A DNA stretch of 63,605 nt, counting the filler, from Octopus bimaculoides (taxonomy: Eukaryota), in the NCBI RefSeq assembly GCF_001194135.2. It is 5 parts of 5 records of this genome, joined end to end, with 100 filler letters (N's around TTAATTAATTAA, not from the genome) between each part and the next. Parts side by side here need not be neighbours in the genome. Positions count along the whole stretch, not along the records: positions 29,078 to 38,588 come from NC_068983.1; positions 38,689 to 51,901 come from NC_068991.1; 3 more parts are not named here. The stretch is one strand, 5' to 3'. The notes under the pieces were generated by a model that saw nothing but the letters and a program-made list of their open reading frames with translations, searched no databases and was not told where the DNA came from. The position numbers and the translations under genes are program-made. The first letter of the stretch is position 1. Each line of letters starts with the position of its first letter. Shown here one piece after another: positions 35,673 to 48,114 of the stretch.

Positions 35673-36799
35673 NNNNNNNNNNNNNNNNNNNNNNNNNNNN
35701 NNNNNNNNNNNNNNNNNNNNNNNNNNNNNNNNNNNNNNNNNNNNNNNNNNNNNNNNNNNNNNNNNNNNNNNNNNNNNNNNNNNNNNNNNNNNNNNNNNNN
35801 NNNNNNNNNNNNNNNNNNNNNNNNNNNNNNNNNNNNNNNNNNNNNNNNNNNNNNNNNNNNNNNNNNNNNNNNNNNNNNNNNNNNNNNNNNNNNNNNNNNN
35901 NNNNNNNNNNNNNNNNNNNNNNNNNNNNNNNNNNNNNNNNNNNNNNNNNNNNNNNNNNNNNNNNNNNNNNNNNNNNNNNNNNNNNNNNNNNNNNNNNNNN
36001 NNNNNNNNNNNNNNNNNNNNNNNNNNNNNNNNNNNNNNNNNNNNNNNNNNNNNNNNNNNNNNNNNNNNNNNNNNNNNNNNNNNNNNNNNNNNNNNNNNNN
36101 NNNNNNNNNNNNNNNNNNNNNNNNNNNNNNNNNNNNNNNNNNNNNNNNNNNNNNNNNNNNNNNNNNNNNNNNNNNNNNNNNNNNNNNNNNNNNNNNNNNN
36201 NNNNNNNNNNNNNNNNNNNNNNNNNNNNNNNNNNNNNNNNNNNNNNNNNNNNNNNNNNNNNNNNNNNNNNNNNNNNNNNNNNNNNNNNNNNNNNNNNNNN
36301 NNNNNNNNNNNNNNNNNNNNNNNNNNNNNNNNNNNNNNNNNNNNNNNNNNNNNNNNNNNNNNNNNNNNNNNNNNNNNNNNNNNNNNNNNNNNNNNNNNNN
36401 NNNNNNNNNNNNNNNNNNNNNNNNNNNNNNNNNNNNNNNNNNNNNNNNNNNNNNNNNNNNNNNNNNNNNNNNNNNNNNNNNNNNNNNNNNNNNNNNNNNN
36501 NNNNNNNNNNNNNNNNNNNNNNNNNNNNNNNNNNNNNNNNNNNNNNNNNNNNNNNNNNNNNNNNNNNNNNNNNNNNNNNNNNNNNNNNNNNNNNNNNNNN
36601 NNNNNNNNNNNNNNNNNNNNNNNNNNNNNNNNNNTCTTCCTTCCTCCCACCCCAGCTAGCCAGTCATATTGTCTCTTAAGACACCAAACATTCCCTCAAT
36701 ACACACAAGAGAAAAAAGCTAGGTCAGTTCCTCCTCAACTTTTTGCGAACCCTTAAATATATTTCCTGGGTATATATATATACATATTTTACCAAATCC

Positions 36800-37340
36800 T
36801 TTTTGTTATAACAATGTTGTAAACTGTTTCAAACATATTCTTATTATTATTATCAAAGAATGTATATATGTATTTTGATACTTAAACTGTTTCTAACATT
36901 TTCTATTATTATCAAAGAATACGTATATGTATTTTTCCATATATGTATTTTCATACTTACACGGGCGAAATGCTTAGCGGTATTTCGTCTGCCGCTACGT
37001 TCTGAGTTCAAATTCCGCAGAGGTCGACTTTGCCTTTCATCCTTTCGGGGTCAATTAAATAAGTACCAGTTACGCACTGGGGTCGATATAATCGACTTAA
37101 TCCGTTTGTCTGTCCTTGTTTGTCCTCTCTTTGTGTATCCCCATGTGGGCAGTAAAGAAATAACACTGTTTTTAACATTTTCGTCTTATTATCAGAGAAT
37201 GTGTGATAATCAGTATGTAACACTACAAAGCTCATACAAAGCTTTATACTTTAAATATATTCCTCTTATTATCATCAAAGAATGTATATATGTATTTTAA
37301 TACTCAAACTGTTTTTTAACATTTTCTATTATTCTCAAAC
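36800..37340. repeat. Degenerate AT-rich minisatellite (about 60-bp unit) interrupted by a SINE
   Basis: TATTATCAAAGAATGTATATATGTATTTT.ATACT.AAACTGTTT..AACATTTTC recurs near 36848, 36906 and 37268. Confidence 0.6.
36959..37160 (+). mobile_element. SINE family B, first monomer plus linker only
   Basis: CGGGCGAAATGCTTAGCGG...CTTAATCCGTTTGTCTGTCCTTGTTTG...GTGGGCAGTAAAGAAATA. Confidence 0.85.
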
Positions 37341-37619
37341 ACTTTTGATAATCTTTTTCTAAAAAAGTGAAACCGGTTAAGTGTATAAATATCTTTAAAA
37401 TAAGTGCATTTNNNNNNNNNNNNNNNNNNNNNNNNNNNNNNNNNNNNNNNNNNNNNNNNNNNNNNNNNNNNNNNNNNNNNNNNNNNNNNNNNNNNNNNNN
37501 NNNNNNNNNNNNNNNNNNNNNNNNNNNNNNNNNNNNNNNNNNNNNNNNNNNNNNNNNNNNNNNNNNNNNNNNNNNNNATTCATCTGGCTAGTTGTACTGC
37601 CGTTGCTTTGTTTGTTTTC

Positions 37620-37688
37620 ATTATAGTAGCAGCAGCAGCAACAGTAGCAGCAGCAGTATTATTATTATCGTTATTATTATTATTATTA

Positions 37689-37726
<38 letters not shown>

Positions 37727-37728
37727 TT

Positions 37729-37771
<43 letters not shown>

Positions 37772-37817
37772 TGTAGTAGTAGTAGTTGCAGCAGCAGCAG
37801 CAGCAGCAGCAGCAGTG

Positions 37818-37850
<33 letters not shown>

Positions 37851-37975
37851 TGTTTACCCACAAATTCCTCCCAGCTGTGACTACCCTGTTATTTCATGTG
37901 TGTATGTGTGTGTGTGTTTGTGTGTATGTATGTATGTATGTATGTATGTATGTATGTGTGCATACATACTTATGT
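37620..37975. repeat. (CAG)/(TAT)/(TAG) trinucleotide mosaic plus (TATG)n
   Basis: Direct reading. Confidence 0.95.
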
Positions 37976-38034
37976 GCATGTGTGTGTACGCGCACGCATG
38001 ATGAATGAATAAAAACAAGAAACAAGAAAAATCA

Positions 38035-38280
38035 CTGTAAGAGAGAGAGGGGTTTTCAGGTAGGAGTTATTAGCATCACGCTTGAGAAGAAAGAGGAAAT
38101 TTATCTTTGACGTTTCAGACATTTGCCCTTCATCAGAAAAAAAGCAAGAAAAGAAGGGTGGTGGAAAGAAAAGGAGGGAAGAAGAGCAAAACTAAAGGTT
38201 AGACGCCGGGTAGGAATGCGATTCCATAGGAAAAAATAGGCTGGATGTTGTGTGTATATACAAGAGAATATCAGTGTAAA
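38035..38280 (-). mobile_element. Penelope-like (Neptune-type) 3' end remnant
   Basis: Minus strand has a weak IF..G...PG.LN.FSF-like ORF end, a pyrimidine-rich UTR, then a hammerhead. Confidence 0.45.
38105..38140 (-). ncRNA. Minimal type-I hammerhead ribozyme motif
   Basis: Minus strand reads UUUU-CUGAUGA-A-GGGC-aaau-GUCU-GAAAC-GUC-AAAG: intact core, GUC site, ACGU palindrome. Confidence 0.75.
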
Positions 38281-38444
38281 GAAATTAGCATAGGGGTGAC
38301 GTAAAAATTTTAGTGACCCTCATATATACGTAATTCAAAATATAGGTATTAATAAACAATAGCATAATCGTTTACTTTTTCAAAATGAAACAAAACTAAC
38401 GGTAAAGATGGAAAATAATGTTTATTTCTTTTTACCACGTGGTT

Positions 38445-38588
38445 CCGGGTTCAGTTCCACTGCGTGGCACCTTGGGCAAGTGTCTTCTACTATAGCCTCG
38501 GGCCGACCAAAGCCTTGTGAGTAGATTTGGTAGACGGAAACTGAAAGAAGCTCGTCGTATATATGTATATATATATATATATATATAT
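38445..38588 (+). mobile_element. SINE family C 5' half running into (TA)n and a gap
   Basis: CCACGTGGTTCCGGGTTCAGTTCCACTGCGTGGCACCTTGGGCAAGTG...GAAAGAAGCTCGTCGTATATATG. Confidence 0.88.
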
Positions 38589-38759
38589 NNNNNNNNNNNN
38601 NNNNNNNNNNNNNNNNNNNNNNNNNNNNNNNNTTAATTAATTAANNNNNNNNNNNNNNNNNNNNNNNNNNNNNNNNNNNNNNNNNNNNTTTTAGGTCTTA
38701 ATAGACACAAGATGTGATCTATTTCTAGCGCATTAATTGTCCACGTTAGTGGTCGACGT

Positions 38760-38835
<76 letters not shown>

Positions 38836-39500
38836 TTTCTTTATGGGAAACATATATACAAATAAAGGTTCTATTCTATTATGTCGGACACAGTCTAATG
38901 GTAAAAATGGATAAACATACCCCTGTTGTACAATCCATTAATGTGATATCGCCTGAAGAAACGGGTCCATGAAGATGATCAACTTCATGCCCACGGATAC
39001 TACAGACTGCATTGTAATCATCCTAGGAATAAGGATTGTGATCTTAAGAGACAAGTTATTTGTGGAAACGCGCGTAGTGATGCATTAAATGTTAATAAAT
39101 TCCATCCAAGGATTATTGTCATTATTATTATTATTATATGAAAACAGTCAAATCTCACTTAAATTACACAGTGTTATCTGAAGAACAAAAGAACATAGCA
39201 GTAATGTTGATATAGAAGTAAAAAGAATAAGGAAAACCTCGCCGTATATATATTTCTGGTTAGCGCTTTAATACTTCTTGCGTTAGATATGTACAGCACT
39301 GGTTTACATATTCATTTTCATTCAGGAGGCATTTTCGGTTATTTAAACGCTATCCTTAAGAAGTTCGCTTTGTTCTTACATTAGCCAGTTTATATGGTCT
39401 CGATTATTGGGGCCGCCTTGAATCACTGATATTCTATTTTCCCCAGTGTTGCAGTGAGCATTACATCATTTGCACAATGTGGAGAATATACAACCAGTTT

Positions 39501-39886
39501 GTGGAGGCGCAATGGCCCAGTGGTTAGGGCAGCGGACTCGCGGTCATAGGATCGCGCTTTCGATTCCCAGACCGGGGGGTGTAAGTGTTTATTGAACGAA
39601 AACACCTAAAGCTCCACGAGGCTCCGGTAGGGGATGGTGGCGAACCCTGCTGTACTCTTTCACCACAACTTTCTCTCACTCTTACTTCCTGTTTCTATTT
39701 TGCCTGTAATTCAAAGGGTCAGCCTTGTCACACTGTGTCACGCTGAATATCCCCGAGAACTACGTTAAGGGTACACATGTCTGTGGAGTGCTTAGCCACT
39801 TGCACGTTAATTTCACGAGCAGGCTGTTCCGTTGGTCGGATCAACTGGAACCCTCGACGTTGTAAGCTACGGAGTACCAACTAACC
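39501..39886 (+). mobile_element. SINE family A, full length
   Basis: GTGGAGGCGCAATGGCCCAGTGGTTAGGGCAGCGGACTCGCGGTCATAGGATCGCGCTTTCGATTCCC ... GGAACCCTCGACGT. Confidence 0.92.
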
Positions 39887-41336
39887 ACCAGTGTTGTCTA
39901 AACGATTTTAACATCAAGTTCACAATTCGCTTAAGGCTGCGACGCCATGGCATTTCGCCAACTATTTAGGCTCACAACACAATTCTAATGCAGCACTATT
40001 ACTTTTCTTCAACAATCCCTGCTTTATCTAATATAATCCCAAAACAAATCGAAGAAAATGATCTCATCAAGTTTGTTCAAAGGTTACCAAATAAACCACA
40101 TCTGCCTAAGTATATCCCAGTCAACAACTCCCAACATGAATGGGCTGTGATACCACAAAACCTGACAAAGAAATGATTCTATCAGTTGGTGCTATTATTT
40201 TATATGCTGCCTGGGCCAACTTTGGGCGAAAACATGCCTAAGTTTTCACAAAGGCTTTAAATACTGACTATACGTATCCTGTATCGTTACAAATTCTTTT
40301 GTCACTACATTCTTAAGTACGGTGAAGGCTATATGATAATAATGAGATTAGAATAAGGCTGAAACATGTCTTCACAGTTTACTTCCTTATTTGGTGCAGA
40401 AATGGAGATGATGTAAGTCATTTACTAATATTATTATTATTTATTATTTTGCCTGATTGAATATTAATTCCTGCTTTGATTTTAATGCTCTCTGTATTAA
40501 TTATGACTATAAAACATTCGATCAAAAATTATTCCTATAATCAAACCGGAAATAGATCGCACCTGAGCTAACACAGCTGTACACAAATGCTCACATACGC
40601 GCGCGTATAATGTGTACCCATTCGTTCACACATAGTTAAAAGCAAACCTATATTTGTAAATGTATGTGTACGTATACATACACACTATACGTGCGTGAGC
40701 ATATATATACGGGTGGGTGGGTGTAAAGACATATACATACATACGCACATATATACACAGAGGCAGACAGTGTTCAGAATTCCGTGTAATGCGAAGGCCA
40801 TTAAAATCTAAATAGGAATTTAAAATCGGTTATATTTATCTTTAGTTACCTATTTAATGTTCTATACATCAAATATATTAAAACTAAAATATTATTTTCC
40901 TTATTACAGTATTTGGCGGCGGCGGCGNNNNNNNNNNNNNNNNNNNNNNNNNNNNNNNNNNNNNNNNNNNNNNNNNNNNNNNNNNNNNNNNNNNNNNNNN
41001 NNNNNNNNNNNNNNNNNNNNNNNNNNNNNNNNNNNNNNNNNNNNNNNNNNNNNNNNNNNNNNNNNNNNNNNNNNNNNNNNNNNNNNNNNNNNNNNNNNNN
41101 NNNNNNNNNNNNNNNNNNNNNNNNNNNNNNNNNNNNNNNNNNNNNNNNNNNNNNNNNNNNNNNNNNNNNNNNNNNNNNNNNNNNNNNNNNNNNNNNNNNN
41201 NNNNNNNNNNNNNNNNNNNNNNNNNNNNNNNNNNNNNNNNNNNNNNNNNNNNNNNNNNNNNNNNNNNNNNNNNNNNNNNNNNNNNNNNNNNNNNNNNNNN
41301 NNNNNNNNNNNNNNNNNNNNNNNNNNNNNNNNNNNN

Positions 41337-41379
<43 letters not shown>

Positions 41380-41689
41380 ACTGTAGGATACGTACATATT
41401 TGAATAGCTGTATTATTTTCACAATTATATAACAAGGTTTCTAACGCAGGTACGAGCCTTCTGATATGACGGAGGGATTATTGACGATACTTTTAATTTA
41501 GTATTATTGGAGAAGCATTTAAATTATTGATTCCGAAAAAATGACTTGCAAAGTTCAACTCGGTGGAATTTGAATTCAGATCGTAAATGCATTTGTTAAA
41601 TATCGCAAGACATTTTATCTGACTCTCTGAAGGATTCCGAACAGAATTGTGAAATATCTCAAACTGTATATCTGCAGGAAGAAACTGAA

Positions 41690-44249
41690 GAAGGAGAAGC
41701 AGTAGGAAGAACAAGAAGAAANNNNNNNNNNAAGAAGAAGAAGAAGAAGAAGAAGAAGAAGAAGAAGAAGAAGAAGAAGGAAGAAAAAGAAGATGAAGAA
41801 GAAGAAGAAAGAGAAGGAGAAGAAGAAGAAAGAGAAGGAGAAAAAGAAGGAAGAGGAGAAGGCGGAGATTATAACGATGAAGAAGAAGGAGGAAAGAAGA
41901 GAAAGAGAAGAATGAATTGGAAGAGGAGATAGAAGAGAGGTGGGGAAGAGGATAGGACGAGGTGGAGGGGAGGGGTTATGGAGAAAAAGTGAAATCCGAA
42001 AGCAAAGGCAGAACGAGAGCAAGAAGGAAAAGGAGCAGGAAAAATAATGAGAAGAAGAAGAAGAAGAAGAAGAAGAAGAAGAAGAAGAAGAAGAAGAAGA
42101 AGAAAAAGAAGATGATGATGATGATGATGACGATGATGATGATGGAGGAGGATGAGGAGACAGAAGGAGAGGTGATTGAAGATGAGGANNNNNNNNNNNN
42201 NNNNNNNNNNNNNNNNNNNNNNNNNNNNNNNNNNNNNNNNNNNNNNNNNNNNNNNNNNNNNNNNNNNNNNNNNNNNNNNNNNNNNNNNNNNNNNNNNNNN
42301 NNNNNNNNNNNNNNNNNNNNNNNNNNNNNNNNNNNNNNNNNNNNNNNNNNNNNNNNNGAAAAATAATGAGAAGAAGAAGAAGAAGAAGAAGAAGAAGAAG
42401 AAGAAGAAGAAGAAGAAGAAGAAGAAGAAGATGATGATGATGATGATGACGATGATGATGATGGAGGAGGATGAGGAGACAGAAGGAGAGGTGATTGAAG
42501 ATGAGGATAGGGAGGAAAAGGAGAATAAGTGAAAGAAATGAAAAGAAAAAGAAGAATAAAAAAATGAAGGAACAATAAAAGCAGCAACGATCGTAGTACG
42601 ACGAGAAACAACGAGACCAAAGCCAAGGAGCTGGAAGGACTTCAGTCAACCAATCGGCTGGAAATAGCAACCAAATCTTCCTCAAGCAATGCTTTGCCGT
42701 CTTGAGAAAAAAACGAAGATAATGGATACATGAGTAATTATCCCTGATACACACAATAAATGAAATTGTCACTAATCGAACATTTTGGGCATTTTTTTTA
42801 TTATCGCAGATCTTGCTAGACAATAGCTGACCTACTATTAAGCGTCATCACTAACAACACGAGAAGGACAATAACAACAACAACAACAACAACACAATAG
42901 AAGATGCCGTACCCGTCCATTTATCAAACAACTAAGCCGTCTCCATAAAATGTTGTGTCACAGTTTTAAAATATCATATTTGTTTGTTCAATGGCGACTT
43001 CATTTCATTAGAGTCGCCATTTTTAATGTTGTTTGATCAAACAACGAAGATACTGTCTTGAGCAAACGGTAATGACGAGACGTAAATTTCTGTGTACATT
43101 AGGTGTATGTGTGTGTTTGTGTGTTCCTGTGTGTTTCTCTGTGATTGTGTGTGTGTGAGAGTGTGTGTGTGTGAGTGTGCGTGAATGTGTGTGTATTTAT
43201 GTACATATATATATATATATCGAGAGAGAGAGAGAGAGATACATATATACATNNNNNNNNNNNNNNNNNNNNNNNNNNNNNNNNNNNNNNNNNNNNNNNN
43301 NNNNNNNNNNNNNNNNNNNNNNNNNNNNNNNNNNNNNNNNNNNNNNNNNNNNNNNNNNNNNNNNNNNNNNNNNNNNNNNNNNNNNNNNNNNNNNNNNNNN
43401 NNNNNNNNNNNNNNNNNNNNNNNNNNNNNNNNNNNNNNNNNNNNNNNNNNNNNNNNNNNNNNNNNNNNNNNNNNNNNNNNNNNNNNNNNNNNNNNNNNNN
43501 NNNNNNNNNNNNNNNNNNNNNNNNNNNNNNNNNNNNNNNNNNNNNNNNNNNNNNNNNNNNNNNNNNNNNNNNNNNNNNNNNNNNNNNNNNNNNNNNNNNN
43601 NNNNNNNNNNNNNNNNNNNNNNNNNNNNNNNNNNNNNNNNNNNNNNNNNNNNNNNNNNNNNNNNNNNNNNNNNNNNNNNNNNNNNNNNNNNNNNNNNNNN
43701 NNNNNNNNNNNNNNNNNNNNNNCTATCTATCTATATATATATATATATATATATCTTTCTCCCTCTCTCTCTCTTTTTCTCGCCCCTCTTTCTGCTCACC
43801 ACTCGTTCGTTACTTCGGCTACGGAATGATGATAATAATGATGATAATGATGATGATGATGATGATGATGATGATAATGATAATGATGATGATGATGATG
43901 ATGTTGATGATGATGTTGATGATGATGATGATGATGATGATGATGCTGATGGTGGTGATGATGATGATGGTGATGGTGATGGTGATGGTGATGGTGATGG
44001 TGATGATGATGATGATGACGACGACGATGATGATGATGATGATGATGATGATGAGGCGGAGGAGGAGGAGGAGGAGTAACAAAGAAGAGAGTGGTAGTGA
44101 TGGTGGTGGTGGTGGCGGCCGTTGTGGTGGTGGTGGTAGTGGTAGTGGTAGTGGTGGTGTGTGGTGGTGGTGGTTCTGCTGCTGGTCCTGGTGCTGGTGT
44201 TGGTGGAAGTGATGAGGATGATAATTATAATAACGATGGTGGGAGAAAG

Positions 44250-44280
<31 letters not shown>

Positions 44281-44760
44281 ATGATGCAACTGTTGCTACT
44301 GCCTTATGTTACATATAATGGTGATGATGATGGCGATGGTGATCGCAGTACCGCCCCCCCCCCCCNNNNNNNNNNNNNNNNNNNNNNNNNNNNNCCCCCC
44401 CCGGCGATTACAATGATGACAATAATTATGATCTTTCCTTACACATTCTACTGATTGACAACGTCTCTCCTACATTAGCTGGGTTTATTTAATTACAATC
44501 GTTGATATTGCTATTGTTGTTGTTGTTGTTGTTGTTGCAGTTGGTGTTGCTGTTATTAGCCTTCATTATTGTGTTTCAGTGTCTGTTCTACACGTTTATG
44601 TTGTAGGTGGCGCTGTAGTGGTCCTGTTTCTTGACGCTAGTGTTGCTGTCGTCTTTCTTATTACTATTATGTACGCCATAAATGCTTACTGTAGATTTTG
44701 TGGCCGATACAGAAGCAGCAGCGGTAGCATCGGCAGCAGCAGCAGCAGTAGTAGTAATAT

Positions 44761-44797
<37 letters not shown>

Positions 44798-44874
44798 CGG
44801 TGTTATCTCTGCTATATACACTAGTAATACCTACTGCACCTGCTGTAATTGCTGCTGTTGCAGCAGCAGCAGCG

Positions 44875-44911
<37 letters not shown>

Positions 44912-44912
44912 C

Positions 44913-44952
<40 letters not shown>

Positions 44953-45070
44953 ATCAATGAGTTGTACCTCCCGTAAAGCAAACACAACGTCAGCCTAAGC
45001 TAATTACCCATCAGAATAGACCTAACGATNNNNNNNNNNAGAAGAAGAAGAAGAATAGTAATAATAATAA

Positions 45071-45137
<67 letters not shown>

Positions 45138-45260
45138 AAGAAGAAGAAGAAGAAGAAGAAGAAGAAGAAGAAGAAGAAGAAGAAGAAGAAGAAGAAGAAG
45201 AAAAATATTAAGAAGAAGAAGAAGAATGATAATAAAAATAATAATAACAGCAACAACAAT
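41690..45260. repeat. Large trinucleotide microsatellite field (GAA, GAT, GAG, GGT, GTT, TAG, CAG, TAA)
   Basis: Direct reading. Several gaps. Confidence 0.95.
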
Positions 45261-45351
45261 TCTTTTTTATTGACCACTGAGAGCTTACACAAAGAACAGG
45301 ATGATACATTACAATATGGTATGGTGTGGGGTAATATCAAGGTGTGTCAAA

Positions 45352-45680
45352 AATGGCCTGGTCCACCGTCGGTTACGACGATGGATGTTCCAGCAAATGC
45401 GATCATCAGAACTGTCTGCTCGTGAAATTGCTGTGCAAGTGCCTGAGCACTCCTCAGAAACGCATGCTCTTAACCTAGTTCTCGGGGAGATTCAACGTAA
45501 CACACAATGTGACGAGGCTGGCCCTTTGAATTACAGGTACTGCTCGTTATTGCCAGCGAAGCTGACTGGAGCTACGGGAAATAAAGTGTATTGCTCAGGG
45601 ACACAACGCACCACCAAGATTCGAACTCATGACCTTACGATCATGAACCAAATCCCCTAACCATTAAACCACGCGTCTCT
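45352..45680 (-). mobile_element. Diverged SINE related to family A
   Basis: GCTCGTGAAATT..GTGCAAGTGCCTGAGCACTCC...GGCCCTTTGAATTACAGG, and a tRNA-like head with GATTCGAACTC. Confidence 0.7.
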
Positions 45681-46086
45681 AAACAGTAAAAGGCATATTA
45701 AACAATAAAATAACGAAAACAAATAAAGAAAAGAGTTAAACAAAATATTTCTCTAAATTGGTGGAGACTTCTGATGAGGATTATTCTTGGAAATCCCATA
45801 AAATCACAGACGCCTTGGCTACTAGAGCAACTGTCCTCTCCCGATCATTTACCTTTCTTCCTCTCAATCTACGGATTGACTCTCGGAGTAGGCCCGTGCA
45901 CTCGGACTAGCTTTGAGATATTCACCTGCCTCTCCACAAATTTGCAAGTATCCTACAATCTAACATTTCCAAATAAAATATGAGAAAGTTAATGAGGGCA
46001 TGGCCAAAGAGGAAGGTGTCTGTCTTCACCCCTTTCAATATGGTCTACCACACTCTTTAGCTAAGGCCACCATACAGATAAACACC

Positions 46087-46895
46087 GACTCATAGACTGC
46101 GGATCCCAGGCCGTGACTGATAGATAGGAATTAATAGCCTAGGGATCTAAACAGTGACTAATTGGCCATAACCCTAGATCAGTGGTTCCCAAACTTTTTC
46201 GGGCAGCCACCCCCTTGACACCTAGGCCACATTCCTAGTGCCCCACCCCAACTAACCATCACAAACATAGACCTCTTTCTAAAGCAAATTCAAAGGAACT
46301 GTATTTCACAAATAAAACTTAACGAAGTGAACCCATTATTTTGTTGTTTTGACATGAATCGCCACCCCATTAAGGCCCCAATTTTTACATGAATCGCTAC
46401 CCCATTATCGCCCCAGTTTTCTTCAACGCATCCCTTGGAACTTTCCACCGGCCCCAGGGGGGACAATATCACCCACTTTGGGAACCACTGCCATAGATGG
46501 TGACTCATAGGCTGGAGTCTTGACCATAACTCAAAGGCTGGAACCATAGACTGTGACACATCGGATGGCACCTAGAGTGTGACTCATAACCTGGGACTCT
46601 AGAATGTGACTCAGAGACTGGGGGGTCCTAGTCCGTGACTCGTAGACTGGGGCTCTATCGGTCGCCCATAGGCTTGTGCCTTAGACTTTGTCGCAGTCTT
46701 GGAGGTCATATATCATGACCCATATGTTGAGTAATTAGACCGTGACTGAAAGTCTGGCGTTCTAGACAATGACTCGTAGCCTGGGGTACTAGACTGTCAC
46801 ACACAGGTTGCGTCTCTAGACCCTGACACATAGGCTGAGGCCCTAGTCGGCGAGGCCCTAGCTTCTTAGACCTTGTCTCAGGCTAGGGTCATAAA
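46087..46895. repeat. Degenerate 27-bp minisatellite
   Basis: Unit approximately GACTCATAGACTGGGGNTCTAGACNGT, with starts at 46581, 46608, 46744, 46771, 46798 and 46825. Confidence 0.75.
46180..46490. mobile_element. hAT (Charlie-type) MITE
   Basis: Perfect 14-bp TIR CAGTGGTTCCCAAA / TTTGGGAACCACTG, with 8-bp TSD CCCTAGAT / CCATAGAT. Confidence 0.88.
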
Positions 46896-47109
46896 ACGTG
46901 TCTCAGAATGTAAAAACCGACGAAATGCCGTTAAGCATTTCGCCCGACCTGCTAACGATTCTGCAGAATTTTCGCATTAATAGTGGCATCGATTTCTATT
47001 AAGTATACAAGCTTTATCTTCAAGGAATTTAAATTGAGTTTATAAGTCACATTGCAAATTCTGTTAATATCTGTAAATTAATAAAAATTCTCATTTACAG
47101 TATAATAAT

Positions 47110-47285
47110 CTACTAATGGCACAAAGCCTGTAATTTGTCGGGAGACGGCTATTTGATTGTGTTGCCCCAGTGATCAACGGGTAGCTGCTTCATCGACCTC
47201 GGCGGAATTCGAACTCAGAGCATAAATCTGAAAGAAATGCCGCTAAGCATCTTGTCTGGAGTGCTAACGATTGTGCTAGCTCGTC
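47110..47285 (-). mobile_element. SINE family B monomer, diverged
   Basis: GGCACAAAGCC...TCGACCTCGGCGGAATTCGAACTCAG...GCCGCTAAGCAT...GCTAACGATT. Confidence 0.7.
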
Positions 47286-47659
47286 AGCATTTTTCACCAT
47301 AATAAAACTCGGGATTTTCGCGATTTTATTTATATCTAAAATGAAAATTCTCTTGAGATTCAAAGTGTTTACAAGCGAGTCCCTCTTCAGAACCTACTAC
47401 ATGCTGAGAATCAAAGGAACAGTTAGCGGAAGGGCATCATGTATGGTGTGAAGGGAAAAGAGGGTGCTCCAACCGTTGTTGTTGATCAGGAGATGTGAGT
47501 GATATATTGGACAGCTCAAATAGAACACGCGCTACAGCTTGACCAACATTAGCTGGGTCTTGGGTGAGGATGTCTGATCATTGACGATGTTTCGAAGTGC
47601 ATCACGAAACGATATATGTGAAAAGAATTGTTCATCACACATACTAACATGTTGATTTC

Positions 47660-47870
47660 AAGTTTTGGCACAAGGCCACCAACTTTGTGGGCGGGGCGGA
47701 GTAAGTCGATTACATCGACCCCAGTGCTCGACTGGTATATGTTTTATCGACCGCAACGCTCAACTGATATTTGCTTTATCGACCCCGAAAGGATGAAAGA
47801 AAAAGCCGATCCCAGAAAGTAAAAAAACATGAAATGCCGCTAAGCGTTATTGTGCCAGTTCGCCGCCCTA
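47660..47870 (-). mobile_element. SINE family B monomer with internal duplication
   Basis: GGCACAAGGCC..GTCGATTACATCGACCCCAGT..ACTGGTATATGTTTTATCGACC and ACTGATATTTGCTTTATCGACCCCGAAAGG. Confidence 0.7.
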
Positions 47871-47886
47871 AAAACATATCAAATTA

Positions 47887-48114
47887 TTGGGTTGTCCGGA
47901 AAGTTCGTGCCGATTTTTAAAGGAAAGAAAAGGTCAATAAATACTTGCCATTACATTTTTAATCAACCAAATATGAACCATTTTGTTGCACAATGCATCT
48001 CCAATCTTCCCTTTAACTTGAAAATACCCTCTTCCTGGAATTGAGGTGGTTTCATGGCAAATAAGTCGAAAGGTAAGCTACTATAAATCGGCAAGAACTT
48101 TCCGGACAACCCAA
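47887..48114 (-). mobile_element. 228-bp mariner deletion derivative (MITE)
   Basis: TA-flanked TIRs of about 30 bp, TTGGGTTGTCCGGAAAGTTCGTGCCGATTT and AAATCGGCAAGAACTTTCCGGACAACCCAA. The interior encodes a mariner C-terminus KPPQFQEEGIFKL / DWRCIVQQNGSYLVD*. Confidence 0.88.

Noticed and set aside
39501-39575. tRNA gene calls for SINE heads
   Set aside because: The heads have A and B boxes but continue into SINE bodies and do not close an acceptor stem.
42041-42508. About 150-bp direct duplication across a gap (similar case at 49396-49755)
   Set aside because: The same sequence lies on both sides of the N run, so it is most likely an unmerged contig overlap.
45766-45800. CTGATGAGGATTATTCTTGGAAAT hammerhead-like string on plus
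   Set aside because: Stem II is not flush with GAAA, and there is no NUH site or stem I.
47400-47610. Possible Penelope (Neptune-type) C-terminal remnant (RFRDALRNI, QRLEH)
   Set aside because: Similarity is too fragmentary to support without a search.
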